From the human T2T-CHM13v2.0 reference genome, Homo sapiens: 64,000 nt of DNA. Shown piece after piece: positions 24,828 to 39,023 of the stretch. The position numbers and the translations under genes were made by a program. A model generated the notes under the pieces. That model was not told the origin of the DNA, did no database searches, and worked only from the letters and a program-made list of their open reading frames with translations. Position 1 is the first letter of the stretch, and each line of letters begins with the position of its first letter. The stretch lies in the NCBI RefSeq assembly GCF_009914755.1, contig NC_060948.1. One strand, given 5' to 3'.

Positions 24828-27800
24828 CCTCTAATGGAATGGATTCGAGTGGAATGGAATCGAATATAATGGAGTCGAATGAAATGGAATTGAAAGGAAT
24901 GGGATCGAATAGAATGGAATATACTGAAATGTAATGTAATGAACTCGAATGTAATTGACTGGAATGGAATGTACATGAATGGAATGTAATCGAATGGAAA
25001 GTAATCCAATGGAATAGAATCTAATGCAATAAAACCGACTCAGATAGAGTAGAATGTAATGGAATGGAGTGCAGTGCAATGGAATGGAATGGAATTGAAT
25101 GCAATGGAATGGAATGGAATGGAATGGAAAGGAATGGAATGGAATGGGATGGAATGGTATGGAATGGATAGTAATGGACTGGAGTGAAATGGACTGGAAA
25201 GGAATGGACTCAAATTGAAAGGGCTCGAAAGGAATGGAGTCAAATGGAATGGTCTGGAATGGAATGAACACGAATGTAATGCAATCCAATAGAGTGGAAA
25301 CGAATGGCATGGAATATAAATAAATGGAATCGAAGAGAATGGAAACAAATGGAATGGAATTGAATGGAATGGAATTGAATGGAATGGGAACGAATGGAGT
25401 GAAATTGTATGCAGTAGAAGGGAATAGAATGGAATGCAAGCGAAAGGAAAGGAATGGATTGGAATGGAATGGAATTCATTGGAATGGAAGGGAATGTAGT
25501 GTAATGGACAGGCCTGGAATAAAGTGGAATGCTACGGTCTCGAATGGAATAAAAATGTATGGAATGGAATGCAATGAAACGGAATCGAATGTCATAGAAT
25601 GTAATGGAATGCAACAAAATGGAATCCAAAATCATTGACTGGAAAGGCTGGGTGTCGAAAGGAATTGACTCCAATGGAATGGAATCGAATGGAATGGAAG
25701 TGAATAGAATCGAACTAAATCGAATGGAATGGAATTGATAGGAACGGAATGGAAAGGAATGCAATGATTTGGCATGGAATGGAATCGAATGGCATCGAAT
25801 GGAATGGAATGGAATGCAATGGAATGGAATGTATTAGAATGTAATGAACTTTAATGGAATGTACTCGAATGGATTCGACTGGAATGGAATGTTCTGGAAG
25901 TGAATGGACTCCAATGGAATGGATTCAAAAGGAATGGAGTCGTACGGAATGGAATCTAATGGAATGGAATTAAATGGAAATGAATCAAATTGAATAGCAC
26001 GGAATTGAATTGAATGGAATGGAATGCAATGGAATCTAATGAAACGGAAAGGAAAGGAATGCAATGGAATGGAATGGGCTGGAATGGAAAGGAATCGAAA
26101 CGAATGGAATGGAATCGAACTGAAGAGACTGGAATGGAATGCACTGGAATGGAAGGGAGTGTAATGGAAGGTTCTCGAAAAAAATGGAATGGAATGGAAT
26201 GGAATTGAATGGAACGGAATAGAGTCGAATGGAATTGAATGGAATGGAATGGACTAGAGTGAAATGGAATCGAACCACAAGGAATGGACAGGAATAGAAT
26301 GGTCTCGAATTGAATGGAATCGTATGGAATGGCATCAAACGGAATGGAATGGACAGCCACGGAATGGAATGCACTCGAATGCAATGGAGTCGAAACTAAT
26401 GGACTGGAATAGAATGGACTCGACTGGTACGGACTCCAATGGAAGGGAATCGAATGGAAGGGAATCGAACCGAATGGACTCGAAGGGAAAAGACTGCAAT
26501 GGAAAGGTCTCGAATGGAATGGAAATTAATGGAATGGAATGGAATCGAATGAAATGTAGTCAAAAGGAATGGAATCGAATGGCAAGAAATCGAATGTAAT
26601 GGAGTCGCAAGGAATTGATGTGAACGGAACGGAATGGAATGGAATCCAAAGGAATGGAATAGAATGGAATGGAATCGAATGGAAAGGACTCGAATGGAAA
26701 TCACTCGAATAGAATGCAATTTAATAAAATAGGATCAAATGTAATGGAATGGAATGGAAAGGAATCGAAACGAAAGGAATGGAGGCAGATTTAATGGAAT
26801 AGAACAGAGAGCAATGGTATAGAATGGAATGGAATCATCTGGAATGGAATTGAATGGAATGGAATAATATGAAATGGAATGGAATGGAATGGAATGGAAT
26901 GCCCTTGAATTAAATGGACTGGAATGGAATGGACTCGAACAGAGTGGAATGGAAAGTGTTGAGATAGAATGGAATGGACTCGTTTGGAATGGTCTAGTAT
27001 GCAATGCAATCGACTGGCAGGGAATCAAAAGGAATGTAATCGAATGGATTGGACTGGAATGCAATGGACTCGAATAGATTGCAAACGGAATGCAAAGGAA
27101 TGGAATGGAATAGTATGGAATGGAGTGGAAAGGAAAGGAGTGGAATAGACTAGAGTGGAATGGAATGGACTGGAAAGCAATGGACTGGAATGGAACTTTC
27201 TTGAATGGACTGGAATCAAACGGAATGGAATGCAATGCAATCAAATGGCATGGAATAAAATAGAATGAAAGAGAATCAAATGGAATTGAATCGAATGGAA
27301 TCGAATGGATTGGAAAGGAATAGAATGGAATGGAATGGAATTGACTCAAATGGAATGGATTCGAATGGAAGGCAAAGGAATGGAATCTATTGGAATGGAC
27401 TGTAATGGAATGGAATGGAAGGGATTGGAATGGACTCGAATGGAATGGACTGCAATAGAAAGGATTCGAATGGAATGAAAAAGAATTGAATGGAATAGAA
27501 CAGAATGGAATCAAATCGAATGAAATGGAATGGAATAGAAAGGAATGGAATGAAATGGAATGGAAAGGATTCGAATGGAATGCAATCGAATGGAATGGAA
27601 TCGAACGGAATGGAATAAAATGGAAGAAAACTGGCAAGAAATGGAATCGAAATGAATGGAGTGTTATGGAACGGACTCAAAAGGAATTGAATGTAATAGA
27701 ATGGAGTGGAGTGGACTCGAATATAATGGACTGGAATGGAATGAAATCACATGGAATGGGAACGAATGGAATGGAATGGAAAGGAATGGAATCGAATGGA

Positions 27801-28361
27801 AAGGAATCGAATGGAAGGGAATGAAATTGAATCAACAGGAATGGAAGGGAATAGAATAGACGGTAATGGAATGGACTCGAATAGAATGGACACGAATGCT
27901 CAAATTGAATGGACTCGAATGGAATGGAAACGAAAGGAATGTCATCGAATGGAATTGAATCGATTGGAATGAAATCGCATAGAATGGAGTGGAATCAAAT
28001 GGAATTGAATCGAAAGGAAAGGAAGCGAATGGACTGAAATGAAATGGAATGGAATTGAATGGAAAGTAATGCAATGGAATAGAATGGAACGAAATTTCAC
28101 GGAATGGAATCAAACTGAATGGAATCAAATCAATGGAATCCAATCAAATAGAATGGAGTAGATTGGATTGGATGGGATTGGAATGAAATGTACTGGAAAG
28201 GACTCGAATTTCATGAAACGGAATGGAATGAATTGGAACGGAATGGACTCGAATGGAATGGAATGTCATAGAATGGCATCAAATGGAATGGCATCAAATG
28301 GAATGGAATCGAATGCAATGGAATGCTATGGAATGGAATGGAATGCATTGGAATGGAATGT
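24828..28361 (+). repeat. DYZ1 unit 8 (3534 bp), rich in private variants
   Basis: Landmark spacing; 15-bp deletions near 27350 and 28145. Confidence 0.93.
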
Positions 28362-31300
28362 CCTCTAATGGAATGGATTCGAGTGGAATGGAATCGAATA
28401 TAATGGAGTCGAATGAAATGGAATTGAAAGGAATGGGATCGAATACAATGGAATATACTGGAATGTAACGTAATGAACTCGAATGTAATTGACTGGAATG
28501 GAATGTACATGAATGGAATGTAATCGAATGGAAAGTAATCCAATGGAATAGAATCTAATGCAATAAAATCGACTCAGATAGAGTAGAATGTAATGGAATG
28601 GAGTGCAGTGCAATGGAATGGAATGGAATGGAATGCAATGGAATGGAATGGAATGGAATGGAATGGAATGGAATGGGATGGAATGGTATGGAATGGATGG
28701 TAATGGACTGGAGTGAAATGGACTGGAAAGGAATGGACTCAAATTGAAAGGGCTGGAAAGGAATGGAGTCAAATGGAATGGTCTGGAATGGAATGAACAC
28801 GAAAGTAATGCAATCCAATAGAATGGAATCGAATGGCATGGAATATAATGAAATGGAATCGAAGAGAATGGAAACAAATGGAATGGAATTGAATGGAATG
28901 GAATTGAATGGAATGGGAACGAATGGAGTGAAATTGTATGCAGTAGAAGGGAATAGAATGGAATGCAAGCGAAAGGAAAGGAATGGATTGGAATGGAATG
29001 GAATTCATTGGAATGGAAGGGAATGTAGTGTAATGGACAGGCCTGGAATAAAGTGGAATGCTACGGTCTCGAATGGAATAAAAATGTATGGAATGGAATG
29101 CAATGAAACGGAATCGAATGTCATAGAATGTAATGGAATGCAACAAAATGGAATCCAAAATCATTGACTGGAAAGGCTGGGTGTCGAAAGGAATTCACTC
29201 CAATGGAATGGAATCGAATGGAATGGAAGTGAATAGAATCAAACTAAATCGAATGGAATGGAATTGATAGGAACGGAATGGAAAGGAATGCAATGATTTG
29301 GCACGGAATGGAATCGAATGGCATCGAACGGAATGGAATGGAATGCAATTGAATGGAACGTATTAGAATGGAATGAACTTTAATGGAATGTACTCGAATG
29401 GATTCGACTGGAATGGAATGTTCTGGAAGTGAATGGACTCCAATGGAATGGATTCAAAAGGAATGGAATCGTACGGAATGGAATCTAATGGAATGGAATT
29501 AAATGGAAATGAATCAAATTGAATAGCATGGAATTGAATTGAATGGAATCGAATGCAATGGAATCTAATGAAACGGAAAGGAAAGGAATGGAATGGAATG
29601 GAATGGGCTGGAATGGAAAGGAATCGAAACGAATGGAATGGAATCGAACTGACGAGACTGGAATGGAATGCACTGGAATGGAAGGGAGTGTAATGGAAGG
29701 TTCTCGAAAAAAATGGAATGGAATGGAATGGAATTGAATGGAACGGAATAGAGTCGAATGGAATTGAATGGAATGGAATGGACTAGAGTGAAATGGAATC
29801 GAACCACAAGGAATGGACAGGAATAGAATGGTCTCGAATTGAATGGAATCGTATGGAATGGCATCAAACGGAATGGAATGGACAGCCACGGAATGGAATG
29901 CACTCGAATGCAATGGAGTCGAAACTAATGGACTGGAATAGAATGGATTCGACTGGTACGGACTCCAATGGAATGGAATCGAATGGAAGGGAATCGAACG
30001 GAATGGACTCGAAGGGAAAAGACTGCAATGGAAAGGTCTCGAATGGAATGGAAATTAATGGAATGGAATGGAATCGAATGAAATGGAGTCAAAAGGAATG
30101 GAATCGAATGGCAAGAAATCGAATGTAATGGAATCGCCAGGAATTGATGTGAACGGAACGGAATGGAATGGAATCCAAAGGAATGGAATAGAATGGAATG
30201 GAATCGAATGGAAAGGACTCGAATGGAAATCACTCGAATAGAATGAAATTTAATAAAATAGGATCAAATGTAATGGAATGGAATGGAAAGGAATCGAAAC
30301 GAAAGGAATGGAGACAGATGGAATGGAATGGAACAGAGAGCAATGGTATAGAATGGAATGGAATCATCTGGAATGGAATTGAATGGAATGGAATAATATG
30401 AAATGGAATGGAATGGAATGGAATGGAATGCCCTTGAGTTAAATGGACTGGAATGGAATGGACTCGAACAGAGTGGAATGGAAAGTGTTGAGATAGAATG
30501 GAATGGACTCCTTTGGAATGGTGTAGTATGCAATGCAATCGACTGGCAGGGAATCAAAAGGAATGTAATCGAATGGATTGGACTGGAATGCAATGGACTC
30601 GAATAGATTGGAAACGGAATGCAAAGGAATGGAATGGAATAGTATGGAATGGAATGGAAAGGAATGGAGTGGAATAGACTAGAGTGGAATGGAATGGACT
30701 GGAAAGCAATGGACTGGAATGGAACTTTCTTGAATGGACTGGAATCAAACGGAATGGAATGCAATGCAATCAAATGGCATGGAATAAAATAGAATGATAG
30801 AGAATCAAATGGAATTGAATCGAATGGAATCGAATGGATTGGAAAGGAATAGAATGGAATGGAATGGAATTGACTCAAATGGAATGGACTAGAATGGAAT
30901 GGATTCGAATGGAAGGCAAAGGAATGGAATCTATTGGAATGGACTGTAATGGAATGGAATGGAAGGGATTGGAATGGACTCGAATGGAATGGACTGCAAT
31001 AGAAAGGATTCGAATGGAATGAAAAAGAATTGAATGGAATAGAACAGAATGGAATCAAATCGAATGAAATGGAATGGAATAGAAAGGAATGGAATGAAAT
31101 GGAATGGAAAGGATTCGAATGGAATGCAATCGAATGGAATGGAATCGAACGGAATGGAATAAAATGGAAGAAAACTGGCAAGAAATGGAATCGAAATGAA
31201 TGGAGTGTTATGGAACAGACTCAAAAGGAATTGAATGTAATAGAATGGAGTGGAGTGGACTCGAATATAATGGACTGGAATGGAATGAAATCACATGGAA

Positions 31301-31905
31301 TGGGAACGAATGGAATGGAATGGAAAGGAATGGAATCGAATGGAAAGGAATCGAATGGAAGGGAATGAAATTGAATCAACAGGAATGGAAGGGAATAGAA
31401 TAGACGGTAATGGAATGGACTCGAATAGAATGGACACGAATGCTCAAATTGAATGGACTCGAATGGAATGGAAACGAAAGGAATGTCATCGAATGGAATT
31501 GAATCGATTGGAATGAAATCGCATAGAATGGAGTGGAATCAAATGGAATTGAATCGAAAGGAAAGGAAGCGAATGGACTGAAATGAAATGGAATGGAATT
31601 GAATGGAAAGTAATGCAATGGAATAGAATGGAACGAAATTTCACGGAATGGAATCAAACTGAATGGAATCAAATCAATGGAATCCAATCAAATAGAATGG
31701 AGTAGATTGGATTGGATGGGATTGGAATGAAATGTACTGGAAAGGACTCGAATTTCATGAAACGGAATGGAATGAATTGGAACGGAATGGACTCGAATGG
31801 AATGGAATGTCATAGAATGGCATCAAATGGAATGGCATCAAATGGAATGGAATCGAATGCAATGGAATGCTATGGAATGGAATGGAATGCATTGGAATGG
31901 AATGT
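28362..31905 (+). repeat. DYZ1 unit 9 (3544 bp)
   Basis: Landmark spacing; second EcoRI site at 29191. Confidence 0.93.
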
Positions 31906-34900
31906 CCTCTAATGGAATGGATTCGAGTGGAATGGAATCGAATATAATGGAGTCGAATGAAATGGAATTGAAAGGAATGGGATCGAATACAATGGAATAT
32001 ACTGGAATGTAACGTAATGAACTCGAATGTAATTGACTGGAATGGAATGTACATGAATGGAATGTAATCGAATGGAAAGTAATCCAATGGAATAGAATCT
32101 AATGCAATAAAATCGACTCAGATAGAGTAGAATGTAATGGAATGGAGTGCAGTGCAATGGAATGGAATGGAATGGAATGCAATGGAATGGAATGGAATGG
32201 AATGGAATGGAATGGAATGGGATGGAATGGTATGGAATGGATGGTAATGGACTGGAGTGAAATGGACTGGAAAGGAATGGACTCAAATTGAAAGGGCTGG
32301 AAAGGAATGGAGTCAAATGGAATGGTCTGGAATGGAATGAACACGAAAGTAATGCAATCCAATAGAATGGAATCGAATGGCATGGAATATAATGAAATGG
32401 AATCGAAGAGAATGGAAACAAATGGAATGGAATTGAATGGAATGGAATTGAATGGAATGGGAACGAATGGAGTGAAATTGTATGCAGTAGAAGGGAATAG
32501 AATGGAATGCAAGCGAAAGGAAAGGAATGGATTGGAATGGAATGGAATTCATTGGAATGGAAGGGAATGTAGTCTAATGGACAGGCCTGGAATAAAGTTG
32601 AATGCTACGGTCTCGAATGGAATAAAAATGTATGGAATGGAATGCAATGAAACGGAATCGAATGTCATAGAATGTAATGGAATGCAACAAAATGGAATCC
32701 AAAATCATTGACTGGAAAGGCTGGGTGTCGAAAGGAATTCACTCCAATGGAATGGAATCGAATGGAATGGAAGTGAATAGAATCAAACTAAATCGAATGG
32801 AATGGAATTGATAGGAACGGAATGGAAAGGAATGCAATGATTTGGCACGGAATGGAATCGAATGGCATCGAACGGAATGGAATGGAATGCAATTGAATGG
32901 AACGTATTAGAATGGAATGAACTTTAATGGAATGTACTCGAATGGATTCGACTGGAATGGAATGTTCTGGAAGTGAATGGACTCCAATGGAATGGATTCA
33001 AAAGGAATGGAATCGTACGGAATGGAATCTAATGGAATGGAATTAAATGGAAATGAATCAAATTGAATAGCATGGAATTGAATTGAATGGAATCGAATGC
33101 AATGGAATCTAATGAAACGGAAAGGAAAGGAATGGAATGGAATGGAATGGGCTGGAATGGAAAGGAATCGAAACGAATGGAATGGAATCGAACTGACGAG
33201 ACTGGAATGGAATGCACTGGAATGGAAGGGAGTGTAATGGAAGGTTCTCGAAAAAAATGGAATGGAATGGAATGGAATTGAATGGAACGGAATAGAGTCG
33301 AATGGAATTGAATGGAATGGAATGGACTAGAGTGAAATGGAATCGAACCACAAGGAATGGACAGGAATAGAATGGTCTCGAATTGAATGGAATCGTATGG
33401 AATGGCATCAAACGGAATGGAATGGACAGCCACGGAATGGAATGCACTCGAATGCAATGGAGTCGAAACTAATGGACTGGAATAGAATGGATTCGACTGG
33501 TACGGACTCCAATGGAATGGAATCGAATGGAAGGGAATCGAACGGAATGGACTCGAAGGGAAAAGACTGCAATGGAAAGGTCTCGAATGGAATGGAAATT
33601 AATGGAATGGAATGGAATCGAATGAAATGGAGTCAAAAGGAATGGAATCGAATGGCAAGAAATCGAATGTAATGGAATCGCCAGGAATTGATGTGAACGG
33701 AACGGAATGGAATGGAATCCAAAGGAATGGAATAGAATGGAATGGAATCGAATGGAAAGGACTCGAATGGAAATCACTCGAATAGAATGAAATTTAATAA
33801 AATAGGATCAAATGTAATGGAATGGAATGGAAAGGAATCGAAACGAAAGGAATGGAGACAGATGGAATGGAATGGAACAGAGAGCAATGGTATAGAATGG
33901 AATGGAATCATCTGGAATGGAATTGAATGGAATGGAATAATATGAAATGGAATGGAATGGAATGGAATGGAATGCCCTTGAGTTAAATGGACTGGAATGG
34001 AATGGACTCGAACAGAGTGGAATGGAAAGTGTTGAGATAGAATGGAATGGACTCCTTTGGAATGGTGTAGTATGCAATGCAATCGACTGGCAGGGAATCA
34101 AAAGGAATGTAATCGAATGGATTGGACTGGAATGCAATGGACTCGAATAGATTGGAAACGGAATGCAAAGGAATGGAATGGAATAGTATGGAATGGAATG
34201 GAAAGGAATGGAGTGGAATAGACTAGAGTGGAATGGAATGGACTGGAAAGCAATGGACTGGAATGGAACTTTCTTGAATGGACTGGAATCAAACGGAATG
34301 GAATGCAATGCAATCAAATGGCATGGAATAAAATAGAATGATAGAGAATCAAATGGAATTGAATCGAATGGAATCGAATGGATTGGAAAGGAATAGAATG
34401 GAATGGAATGGAATTGACTCAAATGGAATGGACTAGAATGGAATGGATTCGAATGGAAGGCAAAGGAATGGAATCTATTGGAATGGACTGTAATGGAATG
34501 GAATGGAAGGGATTGGAATGGACTCGAATGGAATGGACTGCAATAGAAAGGATTCGAATGGAATGAAAAAGAATTGAATGGAATAGAACAGAATGGAATC
34601 AAATCGAATGAAATGGAATGGAATAGAAAGGAATGGAATGAAATGGAATGGAAAGGATTCGAATGGAATGCAATCGAATGGAATGGAATCGAACGGAATG
34701 GAATAAAATGGAAGAAAACTGGCAAGAAATGGAATCGAAATGAATGGAGTGTTATGGAACAGACTCAAAAGGAATTGAATGTAATAGAATGGAGTGGAGT
34801 GGACTCGAATATAATGGACTGGAATGGAATGAAATCACATGGAATGGGAACGAATGGAATGGAATGGAAAGGAATGGAATCGAATGGAAAGGAATCGAAT

Positions 34901-35464
34901 GGAAGGGAATGAAATTGAATCAACAGGAATGGAAGGGAATAGAATAGACGGTAATGGAATGGACTCGAATAGAATGGACACGAATGCTCAAATTGAATGG
35001 ACTCGAAAGGAATGGAAACGAAAGGAATGTCATCGAATGGAATTGAATCGATTGGAATGAAATCGCATAGAATGGAGTGGAATCAAATGGAATTGAATCG
35101 AAAGGAAAGGAAGCGAATGGACTGAAATGAAATGGAATGGAATTGAATGGAAAGTAATGCAATGGAATAGAATGGAACGAAATTTCACGGAATGGAATCA
35201 AACTGAATGGAATCAAATCAATGGAATCTAATCAAATGGAATGGAAAGGAATTGAATGGAGTAGATTGGATTGGATGGGATTGGAATGAAATGTACTGGA
35301 AAGGACTCGAATTTCATGAAACGGAATGGAATGAATTGGAACGGAATGGACTCGAATGGAATGGAATGTCATGGAATGGCATCAAATGGAATGGCATCAA
35401 ATGGAATGGAATCGAATGCAATGGAATGCTATGGAATGGAATGGAATGCATTGGAATGGAATGT
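31906..35464 (+). repeat. DYZ1 unit 10 (3559 bp)
   Basis: Near-identical to unit 9 up to ~35200; second EcoRI site at 32735. Confidence 0.93.
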
Positions 35465-38400
35465 CCTCAAATGGAATGGATTCGAGTGGAATGGAATCGA
35501 ATATAATGGAGTCGAATGAAATGGAATTGAAAGGAATGGGATCGAATAGAATGGAATATACTGAAATGTAATGTAATGAACTCGAATGTAATTGACTGGA
35601 ATGGAATGTACATGAATGGAATGTGATCGAATGGAAAGTAATCCAATGGAATAGAATCTAATGCAATAAAACCGACTCAGATAGAGTAGAATGTAATGGA
35701 ATGGAGTGCAGTGCAATGGAATGGAATGGAATTGAATGCAATGGAATGGAATGGAATGGAATGGAATGGAATGGAATGGGATGGAATGGTATGGAATGGA
35801 TAGTAATGGACTGGAGTGAAATGGACTGGAAAGGAATGGACTCAAATTGAAAGGGCTCGAAAGGAATGGAGTCAAATGGAATGGTCTGGAATGGAATGAA
35901 AACGAATGTAATGCAATCCAATAGAATGGAAACGAATGGCATGGAATATAAAGAAATGGAATCGAAGAGAATGGAAACAAATGGAATGGAATTGAATGGA
36001 ATGGAATTGAATGGAATGGGAACGAATGGAGTGAAATTGTATGCAGTAGAAGGGAATAGAATGGAATGCAAGCGAAAGGAAAGGAATGGATTGGAATGGA
36101 ATGGAATTCATTGGAATGGAAGGGAATGTAGTGTAATGGACAGGCCTGGAATAAAGTGGAATGCTACGGTCTCGAATGGAATAAAAATGTATGGAATGGA
36201 ATGCAATGAAACGGAATCGAATGTCATAGAATGTAATGGAATGCAACAAAATGGAATCCAAAATCATTGACTGGAAAGGCTGGGTGTCGAAAGGAATTGA
36301 CTCCAATGGAATGGAATCGAATGGAATGGAAGTGAATAGAATCGAACTAAATCGAATGGAATGGAATTGATAGGAACGGAATGGAAAGGAATGCAATGAT
36401 TTGGCATGGAATGGAATCGAATGGCATCGAATGGAATGGAATGGAATGCAATGGAATGGAATGTATTAGAATGTAATGAACTTTAATGGAATGTACTCGA
36501 ATGGATTCGACTGGAATGGAATGTTCTGGAAGTGAATGGACTCCAATGGAACGGATTCAAAACGAATGGAATCGTACGGAATGGAATCTAATGGAATGGA
36601 ATTAAATGGAAATGAATCAAATTGAATAGCACGGAATTGAATTGAATGGAATCGAATGCAATGGAATCTAATGAAACGGAAAGGAAAGGAATGCAATGGA
36701 ATGGAATGGGCTGGAATGGAAAGGAATCGAAACGAATGGAATGGAATCGAACTGAAGAGACTGGAATGGAATGCACTGGAATGGAAGGGAGTGTAATGGA
36801 AGGTTCTCGAAAAAAATGGAATCGAATGGAATGGAATTGAATGGAACGGAATAGAGTCGAATGGAATTGAATGGAATGGAATGGACTAGAGAGAAATGGA
36901 ATCGAACCACAAGGAATGGAGAGGAATAGAATGGTCTCGAATTGAATGGAATCGTATGGAATGGCATCAAACGGAATGGAATGGACAGCCACGGAATGGA
37001 ATGCACTCGAATGCAATGGAGTCGAAACTAATGGACTGGAATAGAATGGACTCGACTGGTACGGACTCCAATGGAATGGAATCGAATGGAAGGGAATCGA
37101 ACGGAATGGACTCGAAGGGAAAAGACTGCAATGGAAAGGTCTCGAATGGAATGGAAATTAATGGAATGGAATGGAATCGAATGAAATGGAGTCAAAAGGA
37201 ATGGAATCGAATGGCAAGAAATCGAATGTAATGGAATCGCAAGGAATTGATGTGAACGGAACGGAATGGAATGGAATCCAAAGGAATGGAATAGAATGGA
37301 ATGGAATCGAATGGAAAGGACTCGAATGGAAATCACTCGAATAGAATGCAATTTAATAAAATAGGATCAAATGTAATGGAATGGAATGGAAAGGAATCGA
37401 AACGAAAGGAATGGAGACAGATGGAATGGAATGGAACAGAGAGCAATGGTATAGAATGGAATGGAATCATCTGGAATGGAATTGAATGGAATGGAATAAT
37501 ATGAAATGGAATGGAATGGAATGGAATGGAATGCCCTTGAATTAAATGGACTGGAATGGAATGGACTCGAACAGAGTGGAATGGAAAGTGTTGAGATAGA
37601 ATGGAATGGACTCGTTTGGAATGGTCTAGTATGCAATGCAATCGACTGGCAGGGAATCAAAAGGAATGTAATCGAATGGATTGGACTGGAATGCAATGGA
37701 CTCGAATAGATTGCAAACGGAATGCAAAGGAATGGAATGGAATAGTATGGAATGGAATGGAAAGGAATGGAGTGGAATAGACTAGAGTGGAATGGAATGG
37801 ACTGGAAAGCAATGGACTGGAATGGAACTTTCTTGAATGGACTGGAATCAAACGGAATGGAATGCAGTGCAATCAAATGGCATGGAATAAAATAGAATGA
37901 AAGAGAATGAAATGGAATTGAATCGAATGGAATCGAATGGATTGGAAAGGAATAGAATGGAATGGAATGGAATTGACTCAAATGGAATGGACTAGAATGG
38001 AATGGATTCGAATGGAAGGCAAAGGAATGGAATCTATTGGAATGGACTGTAATGGAATGGAATGGAAGGGATTGGAATGGACTCGAATGGAATGGACTGC
38101 AATAGAAAGGATTCGAATGGAATGAAAAAGAATTGAATGGAATAGAACAGAATGGAATCAAATCGAATGAAATGGAATGGAATAGAAAGGAATGGAATGA
38201 AATGGAATGGAAAGGATTCGAATGGAATGCAATCGAATGGAATGGAATCGAACGGAATGGAATAAAATGGAAGAAAACTGGCAAGAAATGGAATCGAAAT
38301 GAATGGAGTGTTATGGAACGGACTCAAAAGGAATTGAATGTAATAGAATGGAGTGGAGTGGACTCGAATATAATGGACTGGAATGGAATGAAATCACATG

Positions 38401-39023
38401 GAATGGGAACGAATGGAATGGAATGGAAAGGAATGGAATCGAATGGAAAGGAATCGAATGGAAGGGAATGAAATTGAATCAACAGGAATGGAAGGGAATA
38501 GAATAGACGGTAATGGAATGGACTCGAATAGAATGGACACGAATGCTGAAATTGAATGGACTCGAATGGAATGGCAACGAAAGGAATGTCATCGAATGGA
38601 ATTGAATCGATTGGAATGAAATCGCATAGAATGGAGTGGAATCAAATGGAATTGAATCGAAAGGAAAGGAAGCGAATGGACTGAAATGAAATGGAATGGA
38701 ATTGAATGGAAAGTAATGCAATGGAATAGAATGGAACGAAATTTCACGGAATGGAATCAAACTGAATGGAATCAAATCAATGGAATCTAATCAAATGGAA
38801 TGGAAAGGAATTGAATGGAGTAGATTGGATTGGATGGGATTGGAATGAAATGTACTGGAAAGGACTCGAATTTCATGAAACGGAATGGAATGAATTGGAA
38901 CGGAATGGACTCGAATGGAATGGAATGTCATGGAATGGCATCAAATGGAATGGCATCAAATGGAATGGAATCGAATGCAATGGAATGCTACGGAATGGAA
39001 TGGAATGCATTGGAATGGAAAGT
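35465..39023 (+). repeat. DYZ1 unit 11 (3559 bp)
   Basis: Starts with the variant landmark cctcaaatgg. Confidence 0.93.
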
